Below are positions 37,492 to 47,700 of a stretch of 64,000 nucleotides of DNA, in pieces (positions within the stretch are counted from its first letter, which is position 1; every line of letters starts with the position of its first letter). Below the pieces are notes generated by a model. It had not been told where the DNA came from and ran no database searches. It worked only from the letters and a program-made list of their open reading frames with translations. Source of the stretch: a virus; IMG/VR virus record IMGVR_UViG_3300025882_000001; one strand, given 5' to 3'. The translations under genes and the position numbers were made by a program.

Positions 37492-38059
37492 GTGTATAGG
37501 TTACTATATCCGTTCCGAGGAATTGCTTCTGTCTCTTCACCAAAGCGATAAGATAAGCAAAATCATCTGGTGATTGGATAACTTGGCAGCCAGCCGAGAA
37601 CTTATCTACTGTCTTTGCGATGTCGAATTCCAAGGCACGGTGAATATCAATACCGAATAAGCCTGTATCTATCTTTCCGTTGAAGTCGTATTTCCCATCT
37701 TTGTTCACATCTCGGTAAACCGATACCGGCTTGATCTGCACAAGAGCAGTATATCCTTTGTGCTTTCCCAACCGATACGCACCACGATACTGACCTTCTT
37801 TCAGAATCGCAGTTCCGGAAGCATTCATAGGATTCTTCAGATAGAACAGACCTGGGTCGGTAGTTGCTGGGAAGTGAATTATTCTTTTTCTTTTTTCGAT
37901 GTCCAGATAAGCAACGCAGATGGTATCATCGAAAGCATTCACGGCATTAAGATTGCGAATGCCAACGATGTTCAAGTCGAATGGTTTACTTCCAGAGAAC
38001 CATACGTATCCTTTCTCTTCAATCACTCTCTTGAGTGCATCGTAAGTTGGAGCAATCAT
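37451..38059 (-). CDS. Putative endolysin with an L,D-transpeptidase (YkuD)-like catalytic motif (202 aa)
   Basis: NIVGIR...FDD...TTDPG...GQY...GIDIH...SAGCQV; His plus SxGC dyad; end of the late operon. Confidence 0.65.
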   Translation of the reverse strand: MIAPTYDALKRVIEEKGYVWFSGSKPFDLNIVGIRNLNAVNAFDDTICVAYLDIEKRKRIIHFPATTDPGLFYLKNPMNASGTAILKEGQYRGAYRLGKHKGYTALVQIKPVSVYRDVNKDGKYDFNGKIDTGLFGIDIHRALEFDIAKTVDKFSAGCQVIQSPDDFAYLIALVKRQKQFLGTDIVTYTLVLENSFAINSNS

Positions 38060-38385
38060 GATTCAAATCCTCCAACGCAGTTTGATTCCCAGGTTTCGTC
38101 TTCTGTTTCATCTTCTTTTAAGACAGTGACGATATAGCCATTGTAATTGTTAATTTCTACGCTATACAGCGCATCTGCATACTTGGGCATTGATTTCTTA
38201 ATGAGTCGGAAGAAGTGCTTTGCCAAGACTTCTTCGCCTACTTTTTCAATATCCACGAAAAGGTCTTCGCAGAGTGCACAACAGAGTGCAACTGCGTCAA
38301 ACGGCTTCTCAAAAGTGATTGCCAGCTCATATGACGGTCGGTATGGCGGATGGACATTGATTATTTTCGTATATTGCGTCTTCAT
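38056..38385 (-). CDS. Hypothetical protein (109 aa)
   Basis: RBS AAGGAGG; coupled. Confidence 0.7.
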   Translation of the reverse strand: MKTQYTKIINVHPPYRPSYELAITFEKPFDAVALCCALCEDLFVDIEKVGEEVLAKHFFRLIKKSMPKYADALYSVEINNYNGYIVTVLKEDETEDETWESNCVGGFES

Positions 38386-38567
38386 TGTTCCTCCTTCGAA
38401 ATGAGTTCGTTCTCTTGTATATAGCTTTGCATTTCTTCTTCGGTGGCAAAGGTTTGCACTTCTATTCCTTGGTCATCTGGAATATAAATTGCACCAACTC
38501 CAGCGACAATCTCGTAGTGATTATTCTGAATGATGAGTGCGTATCTGCTATAATTGATTATATCCAT
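38382..38567 (-). CDS. Small acidic protein (61 aa), paralog of 38898..39113; possible fibre chaperone
   Basis: FATEEEMQSYIQENEL. Confidence 0.65.
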   Translation of the reverse strand: MDIINYSRYALIIQNNHYEIVAGVGAIYIPDDQGIEVQTFATEEEMQSYIQENELISKEEQ

Positions 38568-38614
38568 TTTTAACTCCCAAGAACTATATTATAATTTTTG
38601 GTTGTAAACTGCCA

Positions 38615-38923
38615 TTATACTACCCAAGTACCCGAAAACAGTCTAAGCAGCACATTGTATCCGACAATGAAGCCAGCATTGCCAGCCAAGATGTCTACTA
38701 AGCTATCCAATCCCCGCTCTTTCACGAGTGTCCAGAAATGCTTTCCGCTTCGTGACCATTGCCGATATTCTACCCATACCGTAATCATAAATGCAGCGAT
38801 ATTCGGGAAGTATCCCAATCCCTGCGCCTTGCCGAGAAATGCAAACGCCCATGCGAGTATGCCCATCAAAAGCATTAGCCCAAAGTGTTTGTGAGTGTTA
38901 GTTATCATTTTCCACCTCCACAA
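38615..38923 (-). CDS. Small multi-pass membrane protein (~100 aa); holin candidate
   Basis: Three hydrophobic segments; close to the endolysin. Confidence 0.5.
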   Translation of the reverse strand: MWRWKMITNTHKHFGLMLLMGILAWAFAFLGKAQGLGYFPNIAAFMITVWVEYRQWSRSGKHFWTLVKERGLDSLVDILAGNAGFIVGYNVLLRLFSGTWVV

Positions 38924-39113
38924 TCTCTAAATCGTTATCTTCTATGTAGGCTAACATCTCTGCCTCGGTATCGAACCACAGCAATTCATAGCGAGTTCCT
39001 ACCGTATTCGGCTCCGCTGTTCCTGTGTGTAATACTTGATTGCCGTTTTTAATCATATAATACATTTTATTCTCCTGTGTATTCATCCCAATCTTCTGGC
39101 CATGTGCCACCAT
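38898..39113 (-). CDS. Small acidic protein (likely start MNTQENK), paralog of 38382..38567
   Basis: FDTEAEMLAYIEDNDL. Confidence 0.65.
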   Translation of the reverse strand: MVAHGQKIGMNTQENKMYYMIKNGNQVLHTGTAEPNTVGTRYELLWFDTEAEMLAYIEDNDLEIVEVENDN

Positions 39114-40095
39114 TAGCAGATAGCCATGCAGAGGGGATAATAGTCCAAGCTGCTTTGGTGAGTAGCACAGCTACATAAGCTTTTACCGTATCCCATCCTG
39201 GGTCTGTGGCGGTTGTGCCTGCGGTAATTGTGAATGGATATGCTCCGCTCCATGTTGCGATTGCTGCGTCATGAATTAACTGTGCATATTCTGCTGCTGT
39301 GGCAAACACCGTGCTACCCAAGAGTTGGATGCCATTGGTGCTGGTGATATTTAGCGGGTTTGTGCCATAGGATAGAGACGAGCCGATGTTGTTGAGGTAC
39401 ATAGCTGTAAGATCCATCCCAGTTATGTCACCAGTGATGACAACAACAGATGGGCTGGTGCCTCGGAGGACCAGGAATGTCAGCTTCATCCCCGTTATGT
39501 CACCTGTGATGACAGACGAGCCGATGTAGTAGAGGAGCAGGTATGTCAGCTTCATCCCCGTTATGTCACCTGTGATGACAGACGAGCCGATGTTGTAGAG
39601 GGACAGGGTTGTCAGCTTCATCCCAGTTATCTTGCCCGTGATGACAGACGAGCCGAGACTGTAGAGGGACAGGTATGTCAGCTTCATCCCCGTTATGTCA
39701 CCTGTGATGACAGACGAGCCGATGTTGTAGAGGGACAGGGTTGTCAGCTTCATCCCCGTTATGTCACCCGTGATGACAGACGAGCCGAAGTTGTAGAGGC
39801 GCAGGTATGTCACCAATTTGCGCCGAGGGATGGTAAGGCTTCCAGCGCCTTTGAAATAAATGTCTTGATTCGTGTTTGCAACGAGCGTTAGCGGAGTAGT
39901 AACAAAATCACCGCTACTGCCAATTTTAATGCTTGTGCCGCCAGCAGGTGTTACAGTTGTTGTTTCCGATACTTTAACACGAATGTAATCCGTGCCATCG
40001 CCAGAGGTGACTGTGAAGGTGGCAGGCATATTGCCGTAGTCCACCCTGCGATGCGCGCCGAGACCGAGACCGAGACCAAGACTACCGAATGGCAT
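39067..40095 (-). CDS. GC-rich leucine-rich-repeat protein, putative tail fibre/receptor-binding protein (342 aa)
   Basis: N-terminal GLGLGLG motif; about six to seven 22-aa repeats with LxxLxLxN pattern (LTTLSLYNIGSSVITGDITGMK). Confidence 0.65.
   Translation of the reverse strand: MPFGSLGLGLGLGAHRRVDYGNMPATFTVTSGDGTDYIRVKVSETTTVTPAGGTSIKIGSSGDFVTTPLTLVANTNQDIYFKGAGSLTIPRRKLVTYLRLYNFGSSVITGDITGMKLTTLSLYNIGSSVITGDITGMKLTYLSLYSLGSSVITGKITGMKLTTLSLYNIGSSVITGDITGMKLTYLLLYYIGSSVITGDITGMKLTFLVLRGTSPSVVVITGDITGMDLTAMYLNNIGSSLSYGTNPLNITSTNGIQLLGSTVFATAAEYAQLIHDAAIATWSGAYPFTITAGTTATDPGWDTVKAYVAVLLTKAAWTIIPSAWLSANGGTWPEDWDEYTGE
39421..39812 (-). repeat. Tandem 66-bp repeat array coding the LRR units
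   Basis: CAGCTTCATCCC recurs at 39481, 39547, 39613, 39679 and 39745; units at 39547 and 39679 are identical over 66 nt. Confidence 0.95.
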
Positions 40096-40511
40096 TATTT
40101 CTTCTTCCTTAAATTCTTTACTATTGGCTTTACCATCGATTGATACACTGTATCAACCACTCCCAGCATATCTCCAACATCCGTAATACCGAGTCTCTTC
40201 ATTGCCTTCGGTGCTTCCAATTGAGCAATCTCAGTTGCAGCAGTGGCTACAACCATTTGTTTTCCTTCATTGGAACGAATGTCAATATCGGATAATCCAG
40301 TTTTGTCATCAATGTAATTCAATACCTTCTCCGGATGCTCTTCGGCTTCCGCAGCGAGCGGAGCGACGATGTCCGAGATTTCCAGCCCAGCCCACAGTTT
40401 CTTCAGTTTCTTATACTGAACTATGATTGTGGAAATAAGGGCTGCCAGAGCGACTACCAAAGCTATTGCAGCTTCGATGTTTTGGGTGACTGTGTTGATG
40501 ATGTTTTGCAT
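40095..40511 (-). CDS. Holin-like membrane protein (138 aa)
   Basis: N-terminal TM helix followed by KKLKK; basic C-terminus. Confidence 0.5.
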   Translation of the reverse strand: MQNIINTVTQNIEAAIALVVALAALISTIIVQYKKLKKLWAGLEISDIVAPLAAEAEEHPEKVLNYIDDKTGLSDIDIRSNEGKQMVVATAATEIAQLEAPKAMKRLGITDVGDMLGVVDTVYQSMVKPIVKNLRKKK

Positions 40512-40525
40512 TGTTTCCTCCTATT

Positions 40526-40981
40526 TTATTCGAGTTTGTTTAACAAGTCGATGATATTCATCTGGCTTGATATAATAATATAAACGAGAAAGCCTGCTAT
40601 GGCAACTCCGATTATACGAATGAAGTTCCACCATTTCATGGCATTATCTCTACCTTTGGCAATAAATCCACTGATAACGCATTCAATCGACTTTCTTGCT
40701 TTGTCTTTCACTATTGTGTCGGCAACAAAGTCTTCTGCATGCTTACTGAACTCTTGATTATCGAGAATTGAAATCGCATCTTGAACCATATCTTCTCTAA
40801 TAAGATAGCGCTTGTCATTCTCTTCTCTTAAGACAAGTGCATTCTTATCCAGAATATGTTCCAGCTTCACAATTGCTCTACTGAGTTCGGAGATACTGTT
40901 CTTGAGTTCAGTAATATCTTCTCGGATTTCTGCCGTGAATGAGACAAGTTCGTCTCGGGTTACGAATTCCATACCATCCAT
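40526..40981 (-). CDS. Coiled-coil protein with C-terminal TM helix (151 aa)
   Basis: Heptad N-terminus; IIGVAIAGFLVYIII anchor. Confidence 0.65.
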   Translation of the reverse strand: MDGMEFVTRDELVSFTAEIREDITELKNSISELSRAIVKLEHILDKNALVLREENDKRYLIREDMVQDAISILDNQEFSKHAEDFVADTIVKDKARKSIECVISGFIAKGRDNAMKWWNFIRIIGVAIAGFLVYIIISSQMNIIDLLNKLE

Positions 40982-41691
40982 TAGTAGTTCCTCTGTGGTG
41001 TGATATATACTTTCTTTCCGGCTGTTCCGCCACCTGATACCGATAACATCTCATTGGGTGAGAGCATGATGTAGGTTTCAACTCCAGCAACAAGTGGCAT
41101 ACTGGCAAGAGGAACAATAGTATTGGAATCTTTCCAGGGGTCTCCAGATTCGGGGAAGTTTCCAATAAAGACGCCATCGTCAAAGGTGAGAATTCTTACG
41201 AGGTTGGCACAGCGTCCAGGACGATAGGAATTAAAGTAGGTGCGTACTGCAGAGCTGATACTATAAGAAGACTTATTCGCATCAAATGAACAAGAGATAA
41301 TGGTCTTTCCAAGAGCGTTATTGATTAAACCAATGTAATAAACAATCTTGGCAATCGTTTGGAATTCTGTCTTCAAATTGATAGTGAGAATAAGGTCAAC
41401 TTCTTTGCGTTCAATTGAATAACTTTCATCGCTATTTCCCACCGTGATATGCAGTTGAATATGATTCGCTTCATAGACGTTTCCAAGAGCATAGAGATAG
41501 AGATCGGTCTCTGCAGTTTCCTGAGTAGCAGTAATCTTTACATACGGTCTTGCTTCTTCGGAACTATCAAAAGATGGAGTAGTAACTACTCCGGTAGTAG
41601 TTGTAACCAACCTGGTGCGATAAGTATCCGGTATGAATACCGGAATCGGGGTGCCAAGCGCATCTGCTGCGCCAAGAGTTGTGAGTTTCAT
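40981..41691 (-). CDS. Hypothetical tail/fibre-associated protein (236 aa)
   Basis: RBS AAGGAG; Thr-rich beta composition. Confidence 0.6.
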   Translation of the reverse strand: MKLTTLGAADALGTPIPVFIPDTYRTRLVTTTTGVVTTPSFDSSEEARPYVKITATQETAETDLYLYALGNVYEANHIQLHITVGNSDESYSIERKEVDLILTINLKTEFQTIAKIVYYIGLINNALGKTIISCSFDANKSSYSISSAVRTYFNSYRPGRCANLVRILTFDDGVFIGNFPESGDPWKDSNTIVPLASMPLVAGVETYIMLSPNEMLSVSGGGTAGKKVYITPQRNY

Positions 41692-41707
41692 TTCTTTCTC
41701 CTTCTAT

Positions 41708-44700
41708 TTATTCTTCTGGTTTTTCTTTTCCAAAACCTTCCATGCCACTAAATGGGAGCCCAGTCATTCTGTCAATAAAAGATTTTGGATTAAGATAAGA
41801 TTTGTGTATATCTCTCGCCAAACGACCGAAGGGAAACATTGTCCAAACGGTATAATCAGTAAACTTCTGCCAGTTTCCAGACATCATGGAAGTTACCATC
41901 GCTGGAAATACTCGGATAATTGGGGGTGAAATTATCTGCAGTGGAGCAATATAGTAGGGATAGGTTCCAAAGAAAGCACTCTGTTTCTCTTTCTTGTCTC
42001 CAAATATCCATTCGGAAAGGTCTTTCAGCCAATTCCAAGGCGCAGGAAGAGCAGAATCAAAGAGCGAAAACATGAACGCATTTGCCAAAGCAAGAGTAAT
42101 CAAATCCATTGCCATCATGCGTTGGAACTTATCCATCTGCATCGTTCCTTCACGGAATCCATAGACCTTTGCTTGCTCGTATATCATACTTCTGGTATTC
42201 ATGGAGTTGTATGTCCAGAGTTGAAAACGAGTAAGTACCTTCCCCATTGCACTGCGAGCAATTGCAGGACGATAGGGAGCAGTATACAGGAACTGTGTAC
42301 ACTTTACCCCATCCTTCGCCAATCTGCTCAGAATCGGGTTAAAACGCCAATTTCCGTGTTCATCGAAAGAACCTTGAAGAGCTCCATTGAAGAGATTATA
42401 GAACTGGATGTAATGTGCCATGAAGGCATCAGTACGCAGCTCAACTTCTGGAGCACGCATGAACCACGAGACCTTACTATACAGCGCATCGGAAACATGG
42501 TGCTTCTGAGCAAGTGCCTTCAGAGAAACTTCGTCGAGCATTTCATCTCCAGCCAACTTCCGAGCATAATCATCAAAGAAGTTTTTCAGAGATTCGGTAA
42601 CATTGATATTCATCCCACCAGTTTCATTGATAAGGTATTCTTCAATCACACCTTCTTCGGCAACTGCTCTTTTCAAATCATTTCTATTTTTGAAAGTAGG
42701 CGAAAAAGTCTTTCTTATGTAGTCCATATCCCTTGCCTTTTTCAAGTTATCCAGACCAGCAGAGATGGCAGTCATCTGTGTTCCACCAAACATATTCGCT
42801 ACCATTGACTTCGTATGTGCCAGAAGCGAAGCCATCTCGTAGCGTGCTTCTGCTTGAGAAATCTTATTCAGTGTCCAGTAGTCAATCTTCTTCAATTCTT
42901 CCGGAATCTCTCCATTTACCTTGATAAGTCCAGTCATTCTTCCCAATTTGTAAAGAAGTTGAGATTGATAGGAATCGGTAAAGAAGAGATAAGGATTGTG
43001 TTTTAATTTCATATTGGGGTCATCCAACATATCACGAGTGATGACTGTCGGATTTCCAAGCGAATCCCCAATATAGAGTTTGAAGAACTTCACCCACGAA
43101 TCAGTAGCATCTCCAAAAGCATTGTTTACTTCAGCATCTACAATCAATTGCTTACTCAGGAGCCAAGCCATATTCTTGTGGAATGTTCTTATCACGTCTT
43201 TATTGTGGCTTACATATTCTTCCGGAACTCTACTATAGTCAATGAGCTCTATTCCTCTGCGTTCTTGTGAGAACATACGTTTCTTTCCAGCGAGTTCCCA
43301 AAGCAAAGCATCATCCTGATATGCCAACTTCCTCGCTTCACCTGTTCTCATCTCTTCCAAAGATAGCTCGTGAATTCTATCAGCTTCATGAATATGTTCG
43401 TCAATACGAAGGTTTTCATTAGAAGAATGAATGCGATTTATCAAGAAGAGATATTGGTGCGAAAGCTCATACTTCTCGGATACAATTCTCTGGCGTTCTT
43501 GCATGAGTTCCTGATACTTACTATATTGCTCTGCAGTGAGGTCATCAAGAGCTTCTCTTGTTGGAGCCATATCGTGTAGTAATTTATTAACTCTTTCTTC
43601 TTCTAGAATTATTGCTTGGAATTTATCTACGATTTCTTGAATCTGAGGAAGAATCTGTTTCTTCAACTGGGTTATGTCTTCGTTTCTATGAGGATAATAG
43701 TGTTCATAAGGAAGTTCTCCAGTCCAGGGAATCTTATCATCTGAGCGTCTTCGAACAATCTTGGAAAGTCTATTATTGAATTCTCCATCTGAACCCTTCG
43801 TAAGTTTGTCTGCTTCCAATATCTCTCGCTGCACTGCTGCGCTTTGAGAAAGACGATAGATACCGTCAATACCAATGTCTTGCATCGGAAATGGTTTTCC
43901 GGTAGCAAGAAGGTCATGCATATCCTGTCGGAATTTTTCAAGGTCAAAGAAAGGGATGTCTTTTAATATCTCATTCAGCCTTCTTTTCCCAAGTACTCTT
44001 CTGCTTATTCTCTCGCCAAACAGCTTTTCCGGAGTAGTTGTATATTTCTTCAAGAAGATGTTTTCGTTTTGGTCATCAAGTTTTCCTTTCTGAATAAGAG
44101 ATATATCTTTGTTGTATTTGGTAATGATGTCAGAGATACGTTCTCGAATTTCGTCTCCAGTGAGCTCAATTATTTCGGTTCCAGTATTGATTTTATACTT
44201 CTTTAGAAACACGTCCATATAGGTATTGCGAAACTTCTCAGCTTCCATCTTATAGAATAGCGCATTATCCGCAAAGGCATTAGATTTCCCAAACTCTCCC
44301 CGCAGTGCATACCAATCACTGAGAGTTTCTGCGGCGTGTTGGTCTCGAAGAATAGATTCATATTCCCATATTCTCTTTCCGTTTATTCCAGGCTGTTCAA
44401 GATAGGGTTCAATTTCTTGCGAGAATCTTCCAGCAAGCTGTTCTTCTTGACGAGTTCCTTCAAAGAGAATATTACCAATAGTATTCTGCAACGAACCGGC
44501 AAGCGATGTCGGAGCGAAACCCCATCCGGTCTTTATAGAACCATCGGAATCCACATACACAGTTTGAACCATGTTGGCTTTCATATTTGGCATAGTGAGA
44601 AGTCGTTTGTCAATTGCACTGGGAAAGAGGAAGTAATCTATCTTCCGAATCCAAGGTTGCTGTCCATATTTATCTCCGAATAATCTCTGAATTAGAGTTG

Positions 44701-47700
44701 GCTTCCGCATATTGTCCAAGATATCGCCAAAGGTTTTCCAGTCTTGAATAGTCATCTGCTTCATCGATTTATGGAAAAAATAACGAGTAAGTCCTTCTAT
44801 AGGGATGTCAGCATCTTTGGTGAATCCGTAGAACTCCAGATTCGTTCTAATCTTCGAGACGAGGTTCTCCAAGTCGAAATCTTTGTATTCTTCATATTCA
44901 GCAGCAGAAGCTGCCAACTTTGTTTGTTCCAGAAACATTCTTTTCTTTTCTTCTGCCAACGAAACAACTTCTTGTTCTTTTGCCAATCGCAGTGTCTTAT
45001 CAAGAGAATTGGAGAGGTCTTCCAACTCCTTCAAGCGGATTTTTACCTCGTTGTATTTCTGCTTAAGTTCCAAGTAATTCTTTGGTACGATTACTAACTT
45101 CTCTCCAGGCTTCACTTGAATTGGAACTCGGATTACTTCCTTAACTGGAGTTGGAACTTCTTCCTTTGTTGGAACTGGAACTGGAGTAGAGATAAGTGTT
45201 TCCGGAATTATATTGGAATTCGGAGTGAACATGTGTTTGGCTACATTGTCATACCACGTCTGCTGAATGCCATAGAAGGCTTCTTTCACTTTGAAAGGAA
45301 CTACAGAAGTTGCCAATCCCATACCGGTATGATTTGTGGCATTTCGCATCTCATAAATTCGCTCCACATACTTATCAATTGGTTCAAATCCAGTTACTCT
45401 CCCATTGGAATCTAAGATGGGCTGACGCATATAGGAATTGGGAAGCTTCGCTTGAAAACTACCCATCATAAAGATGTCATATATTTTCTGTAGTGTTGGA
45501 TCTCCCAGTGAGAGACGATACCACTTCTCATCGATGTCAGCAATCTCTCTTGGAACCATAACTTCTCCTGCGTCTCTGGAGATTTTCGATTTGTATGCGT
45601 TCACATGGCGGAAAATATCGTTCACATCCTTAAAGAAGCCTTTTCGGAAATAGGCTTTATCTTTCTGGAATACTTCACTGGCTATTCCCTTGAGAGCGTT
45701 GTAAGTAGTCATATCGATTAAGTCTTGCTGGATGAGTTCCAGAATCTTTGTTCGAATTCTGGTATAGACCTCCAGCGGATTCCCCTTATAGGATTCGTGA
45801 GGGAGAAACTTCTTCGCCTTTTCCAAAAACTTATTTATCTTCTCTTCCGAAAGGTCTGAAGTCCGCTTCATACTATTAAGGTCAGCATACAAATCAAGAA
45901 GTTCGTCGGCTACATGAGCAGATTTATCCAGGAAGTTCTTTCCGAGAAGCACATACACAACATCTTCATTCTTGGCATCTCTCCAGGCATACGGTTCCAA
46001 GTCCTGATACTTCTTTCCTTCTTTCTGATTTCTTATAGCTCTTCGTATGTCTTCAAGAAACTTCTTTTGATTCGCTGTGCCGCTTTTCTCAATGTATTGT
46101 ACCACTTCTTCAAAGTTACTTATGGCGATTGGATGTCGAGTCATCTCAAAAAGAATTTGTTCCCAATTTGGAACACCAGTCTTTTCTTTTTCAGAAATGG
46201 CTCGCAATGCTCTATAGACGTATGGTAACTTATCTCCATAGATATTTGTGAGATCGAAGTTCCAATCAACTCCACCAAGTACTCTTACTGCTCCGCCAAA
46301 GTAGGTAGAAGCACCGGTATACATACTATTATAGTTTTCTACTTGCATCTTTGTAGTGAAGTAATCATTCCAACCACCAAGAGCAGTATTAAGCTTCCGG
46401 AAGGGAGCCAGAGCTTGCAGATAGAGACGCATTGCGGGCTTTATCTTTTCCGTTCCAGTTGCTTCTTCCCGAACATAGTCTTCAAATTCTATCTCTTTTC
46501 CATTTTTCGTAATCTTGAAGAGATCGAAAAGCATGTGAATTGATGGGTCTTCGAATCTTGGAACTTCGTCAAAATCGGTAGGGTCTGCAACCTTGGTTAT
46601 AGCAACTGCCATCTTACGAATTGCCCAATCTACGCTCTTTTCTTTTTCTGCTTTGGGAGTTAGTTCGAAAACTCCATCTTTACTCTGAACTCGAATTGGC
46701 TTCCCGTTATCAAGTGCTGCATAGTAAGCTTGCTTCAGTGCAGTAGTCTCATTTACAACAGTTGCGAGTAAGTTTCTGCCATAGGTTGTGGCAATCGATG
46801 TCTTGGCAATTGTTCCAGGAGCTCCAAGAAGCGCTGGAGAACTCATTATCTGTTTCAACTTCTCCTTCTCCGGAGTCATCATACCAAAGACTTCTTCGTC
46901 TGCTTTCTTTCCAGTTTCTGGATCAACATATTTCTTAACTGCCTGACCACCCCACATATCATTGTTCTTCTTCATTTCTTTCAGCCAGCTGAGCTTCATT
47001 CCTTTTCCTTCGCCATTGTCCCGCCTTCCAGCGAACCAGAGATAATAACTATCTCCATCATCATCAGAACCGCCAGTAACTTCCTTGGCAGTAGAATGAA
47101 TCATTATCTCATTACTGTCAATATCCATGAAGCCCCTGAATCTCAGTATCTGCATTCCAGCCGGATTATCTTGTGGAACTCTTTGAACTGCGATATGATT
47201 AAAGAAATCTTGGAGAAACTTCAGAGAGAGGTCTTTAGGAATCTTTTTCTTTCCCTGTACCATATTCCAGAGGTCGCCAAGCTTATAAACTTTGTTGTTC
47301 AATTCAATATTGAGATTCCGAAGATTACGTCCAAGCATGAATTCGTCTCTAGCAATCTGTGTGTCTTCAAATGCCCAACCCCGATTCTTCACTTTATATA
47401 CTGAGTTTCCTATCTTGGGACGCAGTGCTCGGTTGATAATATATTTGTTGAACAAAGAAGAAACATAACGGACTGCATACTTGTCCCCAAGTGAAACATC
47501 GTGTTTCATTGCCACAAGCGTACTGATAACATCCTTATAGCTACTCTGCTTCGTATCAAAGTCTTCTGGAGAGAAGCCTTCAATGCTATCAAACATATCG
47601 TTGAAATCATTGAGATTAGATATCTTCTTTAGTAGTGTTTTAATTACCCTTGCATTTCCAGAGTAGAGAATTCTGGCAACACGGTCAATAGAAAGCTCAT

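Noticed and set aside
39421-39812. Diversity-generating retroelement acting on the LRR repeats
   Set aside because: No reverse transcriptase or separate template repeat is visible, and unit differences are not confined to adenines (e.g. TCC/CTC/CGC).
39421-39812. CRISPR array
   Set aside because: Repeats are contiguous, in-frame and lack unique spacers; no cas genes seen.
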